A stretch of 53,155 nucleotides of DNA from a virus (Duplodnaviria > Caudoviricetes), in the IMG/VR virus record IMGVR_UViG_3300029266_002291, positions 1-53,155 of that record. One strand, 5' to 3'. The notes below the pieces were generated by a model, which was given only the letters and a program-made list of their open reading frames with translations, ran no database searches and had not been told where the DNA came from. Made by a program: the position numbers and the translations under genes. Within the stretch, counting starts at the first letter, position 1; each line of letters starts with the position of its first letter. Positions 46,921 to 53,155 of the stretch are shown here, piece after piece.

Positions 46921-47120
46921 CAGAACTTCGCCGGTCGGTGGCTGGCCAGCAAGTACCTGTCCAGCTCAGCTGGATCGAACAGGTAGCGCCTGCCGATGCG
47001 GTAGTGCGGAAGTCGACCGGACGTCACATGCGTGTAGACGGTCCGCGGACTGATGCCGAGTCGAGTGGCAGCGTCCTTGACGCTGAGCAGCTCGTTCGGC
47101 AAAGGTGCTGGTGTGGTCAT
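46920..47120 (-). CDS. Excisionase-like HTH DNA-binding protein
   Basis: LLSVKDAATRLGISPRTVY...GRLPHYRIGRRYLFDPAELDRYL. Confidence 0.85.
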   Translation of the reverse strand: MTTPAPLPNELLSVKDAATRLGISPRTVYTHVTSGRLPHYRIGRRYLFDPAELDRYLLASHRPAKF

Positions 47121-47124
47121 GTGA

Positions 47125-47625
47125 TCACTTTCCTTCGTGAGTGTGGGGCAGGTCCATGAAGAGACCCCCGACGGCGTCGGGGTCGTGCATCTCCTCATGC
47201 GCCCTGGTGATCTGCACCAGGGTCTTGAAGCCGCCGTTCTCGTTCGATCCGGCGTACGTGCCGTGGTAGAAGTTCAAGTGGTCGCGGGCGATCGTGAGCG
47301 CGTCGCGCTTCCCCTTGACGGGGAACGCCGGGACGATCCACCGCTTCGCCCGCTCGGCCATGCGCTTCTCGCGCTCGTGGTCAACCAGCAGCTCGGCGCC
47401 CAGCTCGTGGCGGGCGATGAACTCGGCCTCCTCGGGCGTGGCCTCCAGGATGGTGACCTTGCGGTCCCGTGGATGCGGTCCTGTCGTGGCCTGGTGGCCG
47501 CCGCGGTCCTTGAGCCGGAAGTAGCCGCGCCTCGGGCCCGCGATCACCAGTAGCGGCTCCTTGGTGGGCGAGAGCACCACCGTGCCGACGGTGACCTCTT
47601 CCCAGGTGCCCGGACGCTCGATCAC
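47125..47625 (-). CDS. Hypothetical protein
   Basis: GTGA overlap; His-rich C-terminus. Confidence 0.65.
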   Translation of the reverse strand: MIERPGTWEEVTVGTVVLSPTKEPLLVIAGPRRGYFRLKDRGGHQATTGPHPRDRKVTILEATPEEAEFIARHELGAELLVDHEREKRMAERAKRWIVPAFPVKGKRDALTIARDHLNFYHGTYAGSNENGGFKTLVQITRAHEEMHDPDAVGGLFMDLPHTHEGK

Positions 47626-47807
47626 GAGTGGTCCTGTACCGCCCGAGAGGCTTGGGCGAGCGCCTCTTCTTGAGAACTGGCCATCCCCACGTCGACGGCG
47701 TACGTGGACGACTGGTCGAGGTCGTAGATGTCCCAGAACCACGGCAAGATCAGCATGGAGCCATCCGGTCGAGGGAGCATCTTCCACACTTTGATCTTCA
47801 GCTTCAT
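47622..47807 (-). CDS. Small hypothetical protein (WFWDIYD)
   Basis: GGAGG RBS; similar to 44083-44262. Confidence 0.65.
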   Translation of the reverse strand: MKLKIKVWKMLPRPDGSMLILPWFWDIYDLDQSSTYAVDVGMASSQEEALAQASRAVQDHS

Positions 47808-47851
47808 CTTGGCCTCCCCTCATCGGCACGGGCGGCCGATGCTGTGCATGA

Positions 47852-47882
47852 AGTGTAACCTGAGTGCAGACCTACTTGTCAA
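47852..47882 (-). promoter_or_regulatory. Sigma-A-like leftward promoter containing repeat copy 2
   Basis: Minus strand TTGACA-19 nt-TACACT (the spacer is long). Confidence 0.55.
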
Positions 47883-47898
47883 TCCCCGGAGGATCACC

Positions 47899-48129
47899 AT
47901 GGCGCGCGTCGCCCGCTTCACCCACGCCATCCCCGTGTACGAGACCCCGGAGATGCGTGAGCGCATCCTCCGCCTGGCCGACGCCGGTGAGGTCAGCCAG
48001 GCGGAGGTGGTGCGCTACGCCATCCGCAACGGGATCACCGCCGCGGAGGATCTCTGGGGTCAGCCCAGCAGCCAGACCACCAGCGCGGTCGCCGCCACGA
48101 TGAAGGGCGACAGCACCAGCGCCAGCTGA
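47899..48129 (+). CDS. Ribbon-helix-helix (CopG/Arc-like) regulator
   Basis: HAIPVYETPEMRERILRLADAGEVSQAEVVRYAI; GGAGG RBS; only plus-strand gene in the leftward arm. Confidence 0.7.
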   Translation: MARVARFTHAIPVYETPEMRERILRLADAGEVSQAEVVRYAIRNGITAAEDLWGQPSSQTTSAVAATMKGDSTSAS

Positions 48130-48524
48130 GGCGCGTCCCGCAGGAGGCCCGCGGGTCGCCGCCCCCCGTTGAAGGGTGCGGCGACCCGGACAGCCGCCCA
48201 CATCAGCCACTGGCGCACCGGGTCGACACCCTCCTCGCGCAGCACGCGCCGGAAGATCCCGTCGGCGTCCCGCGAACTCACCAGACCGAGCGGGATGCCG
48301 TGGGTGATCAGCCAGTCGTGCAGCACCGCGGCCAGCGTCCAGACGCCGGCGCGAGGCACGAACCACTGTAGGAACCACGGCACCGTGGCGAAGTCGGTGA
48401 CGTAGCCGATCGGCACCGTGAACGTCTGCGTGCGCCCCTGGTAGACCAAGTTGTGGTTGACGATCTTCCAGCGCACCGGGTCGTGACGCCGGACGGTGAA
48501 TCGCTCGGGGTTCTGGAACGGCAT
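48060..48524 (-). CDS. DUF1353-family protein
   Basis: TVPIGYVTDFATVP...AAVLHDWL...DADGIF. Confidence 0.8.
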   Translation of the reverse strand: MPFQNPERFTVRRHDPVRWKIVNHNLVYQGRTQTFTVPIGYVTDFATVPWFLQWFVPRAGVWTLAAVLHDWLITHGIPLGLVSSRDADGIFRRVLREEGVDPVRQWLMWAAVRVAAPFNGGRRPAGLLRDAPQLALVLSPFIVAATALVVWLLG

Positions 48525-48637
48525 CAGCCGAGCACCTGCACGACGGCGTAGGTGACGATGCCGAAGAACCACAGGATGATCAGCACCCCGACGACGATCG
48601 CCCAGTTCGGCGGCGGGGGCTTCGGCGAAGTGGTCAC
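48524..48637 (-). CDS. 37-aa membrane peptide (not in ORF track)
   Basis: MTTSPKPPPPNWAIVVGVLIILWFFGIVTYAVVQVLG; coupled overlaps. Confidence 0.55.
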   Translation of the reverse strand: MTTSPKPPPPNWAIVVGVLIILWFFGIVTYAVVQVLG

Positions 48638-48963
48638 GCGGTGGCCTCCTGTTCAGCTTCCCACAGCTCGCGGGCGTTGGTGCCACACTCGCTGCACTCT
48701 TCATCGTCGGCCGGAACATGGCCATCACCCCGACCTACCGCTTGGCAGGCGACGCAGGGGGTGCAGAGTGACATCCCCATCTGGGCGAACTCGGGGTCCT
48801 CGCAGATGTAGCACCCCTCCCTGTGCACCCGCGGCGTGGAGGTCCGCCCACTGGTCAGCATGAAGTAGGCGGGGTCACTGGTCGGCATCTGAGTCGACTG
48901 GCGGAGTCCTAGGCAGGTTGCCCCGCAGTCACCGCCACACCAGTGGCAGTTGCTGGCCATCAT
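48634..48963 (-). CDS. Cys-rich, putative Zn-binding protein
   Basis: Several CxxC motifs; AGGAGG RBS. Confidence 0.65.
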   Translation of the reverse strand: MMASNCHWCGGDCGATCLGLRQSTQMPTSDPAYFMLTSGRTSTPRVHREGCYICEDPEFAQMGMSLCTPCVACQAVGRGDGHVPADDEECSECGTNARELWEAEQEATA

Positions 48964-49295
48964 GACCTCCTGATCAGCCCCGGATGGGGCTCGGTTGGGC
49001 GGCGACCGCGGTTGCGGATCGCCTTCTTGGCGTCGTTGCCTTCGCGCGATGACTTCGCGCCGTGGTGAGGGTGGCACGACGCACGAAGCCCGTCAAGTCC
49101 GTGGTAGTCCGGCGCCTTCCAATGGTCGACGCCGCCGTCGGCCGGGCGGGTGCACCGGCGGAAGCTGCCGTCGTCCCGCTTGACCGGCCACTCGCACCGG
49201 CCCTTCGACCGCTTCTTGACCGCGGGGACGATCTCGGACTCCCAGTTGCCGGGCAGGGTGGCGCGACGGTTGCTGCCACGCCACCCCCCGCTCAT
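48960..49295 (-). CDS. Small HNH endonuclease (packaging-associated type)
   Basis: WRGSNRRATLPGNW...RCEW...VDH...LRASCHPHHGAKSSREG. Confidence 0.8.
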   Translation of the reverse strand: MSGGWRGSNRRATLPGNWESEIVPAVKKRSKGRCEWPVKRDDGSFRRCTRPADGGVDHWKAPDYHGLDGLRASCHPHHGAKSSREGNDAKKAIRNRGRRPTEPHPGLIRRS

Positions 49296-49296
49296 G

Positions 49297-49464
49297 TCAG
49301 CAGAAGGGGTTGATGATCCGGCACAGGTAGCCCTGGGCGGTCCAGACGGGACCGATGTAGGGCTCCTCGTCGATGACCGGCCGGGCCTGGGCCGCCGCGG
49401 GGGCGGCGACGGCGGTCAGGGCGACGGTGGCGGCGATGACGGTGGCGCGGATGAGGTTCTTCAT
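49297..49464 (-). CDS. Secreted micropeptide (55 aa, not in ORF track)
   Basis: MKNLIRATVIAATVALTAVAAPAAAQA|RPVIDEEPYIGPVWTAQGYLCRIINPFC; GAGGAGG RBS. Confidence 0.72.
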   Translation of the reverse strand: MKNLIRATVIAATVALTAVAAPAAAQARPVIDEEPYIGPVWTAQGYLCRIINPFC

Positions 49465-49466
49465 GA

Positions 49467-49841
49467 TCACACCTCCTCGATCTTCTGCAGGGTTACGGAA
49501 CCCGCGACCTCGGTGACGACCTCGAAGGTGATGAAGTCCGAGGCGATCGTCGCGCCGCGGGCCCGGAGTTCGGAGTCGGGGCCGACGTGCCAGCGCCCGA
49601 CGGAGTCCTGGTGGATGAAGGGGTGGGTGTCGAGGTACCGCTGGGTGACGGTGACCTGGTCGCTGGCGAAGATGACGCGGCCGGACTCGTCGGCCACGAG
49701 CAGGCGGCCGTCGGCGGGGTGGTGGAGAGTGGTGTTCATGGAGGCCTCCAGGGGCTCAGGGGTGATCATCGGCTCGGGGTTCTGGATGGTGAGCGTACCG
49801 GGCGGCAGGCTCCAGCTCTCGTCGTAGTAGAAGTTCGTCAC
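49467..49841 (-). CDS. Hypothetical protein (alternative start ATG 49739)
   Basis: GTGA overlap; GGAGG before the internal ATG. Confidence 0.6.
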   Translation of the reverse strand: MTNFYYDESWSLPPGTLTIQNPEPMITPEPLEASMNTTLHHPADGRLLVADESGRVIFASDQVTVTQRYLDTHPFIHQDSVGRWHVGPDSELRARGATIASDFITFEVVTEVAGSVTLQKIEEV

Positions 49842-50008
49842 TGTCGGATCGGTTCGTCGAGTTGGCAGGACCGGACTTCGTAGCCGTACATGGCTGGCCA
49901 CGGGTCTTGATCACAGGCAGCCTGCGCCGCCTGTTCGGTCGAGAAGACACCGAGAACTTCCTCGGCTCCCCAGTTGACGTTGGCGATAGCCAACCACAGA
50001 GTCGTCAC
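49838..50008 (-). CDS. Small hypothetical protein
   Basis: EEVLGVFSTEQAA motif; GTGA overlap. Confidence 0.6.
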   Translation of the reverse strand: MTTLWLAIANVNWGAEEVLGVFSTEQAAQAACDQDPWPAMYGYEVRSCQLDEPIRQ

Positions 50009-50163
50009 GTCGTGCCCTTCATGCGCCCACCGGCCATCACGCTCTCGCGAGCGGCCTTCGCGCGGCACTTGCCGCACAGGACGACCTCGAGCGCCTCGTG
50101 GTCGACCATCATCGTCTGGATGGTGGCGGGGTTGCCGCAGCGCGTACACTTCCCCATCGCCAT
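50005..50163 (-). CDS. Small Zn-finger protein
   Basis: CTRC...CGKC. Confidence 0.55.
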   Translation of the reverse strand: MAMGKCTRCGNPATIQTMMVDHEALEVVLCGKCRAKAARESVMAGGRMKGTT

Positions 50164-50576
50164 CAGTCGACCGCCTTGCCGGTCATACCGTCGACGAGCA
50201 GGGTGAGCGCGCCGGGCGGGGGCTCCGCGAGACCCTGACCGTTCCTGATGACCACCCAAAGGCTCCGGCCGCGGTACACCACGGCGGTCTCGGTGCTCGC
50301 CGAGTAGGCGATGTCGTTGATGCTCGGCTCGGCCTTGTCGACGTTGGCGTAGATCGACGGCGGCTCGACGAAGAGGCTGCGCTCGTTCGCCTTGAACGGC
50401 TCGCCGTGCTGGGTGATCGAGCGCGTGTCTCCCCCGTCGGTCCTGACGTCGATCCACTTGCCGTCGGGAAGGATGCGGATCCTGCCGACATGCGGCGGGA
50501 AGTCGCCGATGTCGGAGACGAGGACGGCGCGCTGGCCCTCGACGAGGGCGTCGATCTGGGACTGGGTGATGGTCAT
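50163..50576 (-). CDS. Hypothetical protein
   Basis: AAGGAG RBS; ATGA overlap. Confidence 0.65.
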   Translation of the reverse strand: MTITQSQIDALVEGQRAVLVSDIGDFPPHVGRIRILPDGKWIDVRTDGGDTRSITQHGEPFKANERSLFVEPPSIYANVDKAEPSINDIAYSASTETAVVYRGRSLWVVIRNGQGLAEPPPGALTLLVDGMTGKAVD

Positions 50577-51154
50577 GGGCACTCTCCTTGATCGGTGTGT
50601 ACGACGCTGTCCGCGCCGCAGTCGGGACACCAGGCCTGGCGGCCGGTGATCCACTCGGTGAGCTGCTTGGAGCCTACTTGATGAAGTAGGGGTCCGGCAA
50701 GCGTGTAGCCGTCCTGGAAGCTCCACGTCCCCTTCGGGCGGCGCTCCCAGACTGAGACGAATCGGAGATTCCGTCTCCATCCTCGCAGGATCAGCCACTC
50801 GATGCCCGCGGCCGTCTGGATGTACGTGGGCGGCTCCACGGTCCAGCCGTAGTCGCTGGCCAGTTCGGCCATGGCCCTGCCGCGGTCGGGGATCTCCGAG
50901 GCCTTCGCCAGGCGTGGCGGCACCTTGGGAGGCTCCGGCGGGGGCGGGGGACCGCTGGGCTTCTTCGCCTCCAGGGCGTCACGCCGCAGCTGTCGCTGAC
51001 GCTCCAGGGTCTCCTCGTCCACCGGCGTTCCCAGCACCGGACGGTGCGGCTCCGTCCCCGGCGGCACGCTGGTGTGCTTCCAGTCCTTGATCGGGCGCCC
51101 GTGCAGCGTCCCCGCGTAGCCGCGGACGCCCCCGCCGCACAGCCCGCACTTCAC
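50573..51154 (-). CDS. Hypothetical protein with terminal Zn-finger motifs
   Basis: CGLC at the N-terminus, CPDC..H..C at the C-terminus; Pro-rich linker. Confidence 0.65.
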   Translation of the reverse strand: MKCGLCGGGVRGYAGTLHGRPIKDWKHTSVPPGTEPHRPVLGTPVDEETLERQRQLRRDALEAKKPSGPPPPPEPPKVPPRLAKASEIPDRGRAMAELASDYGWTVEPPTYIQTAAGIEWLILRGWRRNLRFVSVWERRPKGTWSFQDGYTLAGPLLHQVGSKQLTEWITGRQAWCPDCGADSVVHTDQGECP

Positions 51155-51378
51155 AGCTCGAGGTGCCCGTTCTTGTCACCGATGACGATCTGGTTCGACC
51201 ACACCCGCACCACGAACTGCGTGCGGTCGATCGAGTCGGTCTTGGCGAAGATCCGCTTCAGGTGGGTCTTGACCGTGTCCTCGGCCACGTGGAGGCGCCG
51301 GGCCAGCTGCTGGTTCGGCAGGCCCTCCAGTGCCAGCAGTCTGGCCACCCGCATCTCGGCTTCGGTCAACGTGATCAT
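51151..51378 (-). CDS. Stand-alone LuxR/NarL-type HTH regulator
   Basis: LTEAEMRVARLLALEGLPNQQLARRLHVAEDTVKTHLKRIFAK. Confidence 0.88.
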   Translation of the reverse strand: MITLTEAEMRVARLLALEGLPNQQLARRLHVAEDTVKTHLKRIFAKTDSIDRTQFVVRVWSNQIVIGDKNGHLEL

Positions 51379-51872
51379 GTTGCCTCCTGCTGTCGGTGGA
51401 AGACCTCGCCGCAGACTGGACAAGCCCAGGTCCCATCATCGCCCCATCGGGGCCAGTGCACCGTACCGACGTCGCCCTCTTCCTGCCAGACGCCACGCTG
51501 GACGCGCTGGGCTCCCGGCGTCGACCTCGGCGTCACGGCTCCCTCCTGGCGGCGCCGGTAGTAGTCCCGCCAGTAGTGGATCTTGCACAGCCCACGGGCA
51601 TGGAAGGGCCTGCTGCACTCATCCTCCGAGCACGCGGCAGGCACCTTCAGCTGGCGCGGCATGATCCCCCTCTCCCGGCGGATCGTCTCCCGGTAGTGCG
51701 GCTCGCACTCACCCCGGCCGTAGTGTGGTCGGCTGCACCCTTCGCGAGAGCAGGGCTGCCGACCCCGCGGCTTCGTGCCGCGGGCCCGACGTCGGCCGCG
51801 CTCGTAGCACTTCGGGCACAGCCCGCGGCGGAACCCGTGCCTGGAGCCACCCCCGCACTCGGTGCACGTCAC
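51375..51872 (-). CDS. Multi-Zn-finger protein
   Basis: Repeated C..C..RGxCxxHY modules; terminal CPVC. Confidence 0.65.
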   Translation of the reverse strand: MTCTECGGGSRHGFRRGLCPKCYERGRRRARGTKPRGRQPCSREGCSRPHYGRGECEPHYRETIRRERGIMPRQLKVPAACSEDECSRPFHARGLCKIHYWRDYYRRRQEGAVTPRSTPGAQRVQRGVWQEEGDVGTVHWPRWGDDGTWACPVCGEVFHRQQEAT

Positions 51873-52006
51873 GTCTTCCCCGTGATTACGCCGCAGGGAT
51901 TGCAGAGCTTTCCCTTGTTCCACGTCGGTCCGCCGCAGCACCGGCACTCCTCGGCCTCCTCGTAGATCACCGAATCCTTGGGCGGCCGGGGGTCGATGCG
52001 GCTCAC
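51869..52006 (-). CDS. Small Zn-finger protein
   Basis: CRCC...CNPC; GTGA overlaps. Confidence 0.5.
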   Translation of the reverse strand: MSRIDPRPPKDSVIYEEAEECRCCGGPTWNKGKLCNPCGVITGKT

Positions 52007-52329
52007 AGTCCGGCCTTGATCAGAGCGTCGGCGACGTGGTGCGGGTAGGACTCTCCCAGCCGCATCCCGCCGCACAGGCAGGGGTTGATGCCCGGCCGCG
52101 GGTGCTCCAGCAGGATCGACGCCAGCAGCTCGCGGCGGGGGTTGGGCGACGCCAGCGGGCAGCTGGCCTGGTGCGTGCTGAAGTGCACCAGGTTGCAGCC
52201 GTTGGGACACGCCTGCACCGGATCGCCGTACGGGGCCATGGCGCACGGCTCGGGTGTGGCGTGCCGGCAGCTGCCGAGCTCCTCGGCGCAGTGGGGGAAC
52301 GTAGTGCCCTTGCGCAGCATGCCGCTCAC
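52003..52329 (-). CDS. Cys/His-rich hypothetical protein
   Basis: CLCG...HHVADALI; GTGA overlap. Confidence 0.55.
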   Translation of the reverse strand: MSGMLRKGTTFPHCAEELGSCRHATPEPCAMAPYGDPVQACPNGCNLVHFSTHQASCPLASPNPRRELLASILLEHPRPGINPCLCGGMRLGESYPHHVADALIKAGL

Positions 52330-52595
52330 AGCGACCGCGCCCGGAACTTGGCTTCGCGCTCGGCGATCATGGCGTCGAGGTGCGGCTTCTGCCACTCGAC
52401 GACCGGCATGTCGAACAGGGCGCGGGTCCGGCGGCGGGCGGCGTGGATGCGGCCACGGCGGGCGAGCTGCCGCCAGCCCGTCATCAGCGCCCAGACGATG
52501 CCCAGCGGCCAGGCGACGATGACCAGCACGGCGCCGATCAGGGCGGCCGTGGCGAGCTGCCAGAGGTTGACGAGGGAGTCAGGGTGCAGGGGCAT
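52326..52595 (-). CDS. Membrane protein
   Basis: N-terminal hydrophobic segment; AAGGAGG RBS. Confidence 0.65.
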   Translation of the reverse strand: MPLHPDSLVNLWQLATAALIGAVLVIVAWPLGIVWALMTGWRQLARRGRIHAARRRTRALFDMPVVEWQKPHLDAMIAEREAKFRARSL

Positions 52596-52597
52596 GG

Positions 52598-52750
52598 TCA
52601 GGCCTCCTTACCGGCGTAATAGGCGAGGTACAGGGCACTGCCGAGCAGGAAGCCGAACACGCCGTCCCACACCTCCCACCCTGCTTCGATGCAGATGAGC
52701 AGCAGAGCCTCGATGACGACGATGGTGAGTGCGATGTTCCGAGCGCGCAT
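52598..52750 (-). CDS. Small membrane protein
   Basis: Two TM segments; GAGGAG RBS. Confidence 0.6.
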   Translation of the reverse strand: MRARNIALTIVVIEALLLICIEAGWEVWDGVFGFLLGSALYLAYYAGKEA

Positions 52751-52752
52751 GA

Positions 52753-53043
52753 TCAGGACTCCTCGATCAGGTCGGGGCGGTTGTCGAGCTTGTCGACCAC
52801 CGCCTGCAGGGCCTTGGCCTTCGGACCGGTGAAGTCGTGAACGGCGTAGGCGACCACGCTGCGGACGCTCTCGCGGGTCCACGGCGCGCCGGGGATGGGC
52901 TTGACGCCGAGACTGGTGTTCTGCACCTGCTGGAAGGTGGCGATGCTCGCCGTCGTGGTGAGGATGCCCGCGTCGACGGAGAAGGGGAAGGCCTCGCGCA
53001 GCGCGGCGATCTGGGGCGGGGTGAGCTTCTTGATCTTGATCAT
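52753..53043 (-). CDS. Hypothetical protein
   Basis: GGAGG RBS; good codon bias. Confidence 0.7.
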   Translation of the reverse strand: MIKIKKLTPPQIAALREAFPFSVDAGILTTTASIATFQQVQNTSLGVKPIPGAPWTRESVRSVVAYAVHDFTGPKAKALQAVVDKLDNRPDLIEES

Positions 53044-53155
53044 GTCAGGCCTCCGGGTTGATCATGGCGGCGTACAGCTCGATGGCTGAGGTCTGGAGCT
53101 GGCGGACAGTGGGCTGCAACACGTCCCTGGCGGCGGCCCTGGCGGCGTCCCCGGC

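Noticed and set aside
50673-50690. Palindrome CCTACTT-GATG-AAGTAGG sharing CCTACTTG with the 20-bp repeat
   Set aside because: Short match inside a CDS; may be chance.
53045-53155. Partial minus-strand ORF and possible genome terminus
   Set aside because: Truncated by the window edge. No terminal repeat with the window start is visible, so ends cannot be assigned.

Overview
This window is most or all of a high-GC actinobacterial siphovirus genome. No integrase, DNA polymerase or CRISPR array is visible. From left to right it holds an HNH gene, an AT-rich candidate origin with iterons, and a leftward RepB-type primase/P4(D5) SF3 helicase. A long rightward block follows: DinG-like helicase with an HNH intein, terminase small and large subunits, portal, MuF-like protein, scaffold, capsid, a large PhoD-containing fibre-like protein, head-tail and tail genes, and a lysis cassette. 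The rest is a leftward arm of small genes (endonuclease VII, SSB, Cas4/PD-(D/E)XK exonuclease, HTH, LuxR, HNH) with one rightward RHH gene. The most striking observation is that the terminase large subunit is interrupted in its Walker A motif by an 11-nt insert flanked by matched GGC codons, a candidate ribosomal bypass or frameshift. The same gene carries a Pro-initiated class 3 intein. Other oddities are an M23 lysin domain with no canonical start, a degenerate tRNA-like element abutting the endonuclease VII start codon, two unannotated secreted two-Cys micropeptides, and a polysaccharide-lyase-like gene between terminase and portal. All product calls come from recognising motifs by eye; no database searches were run.
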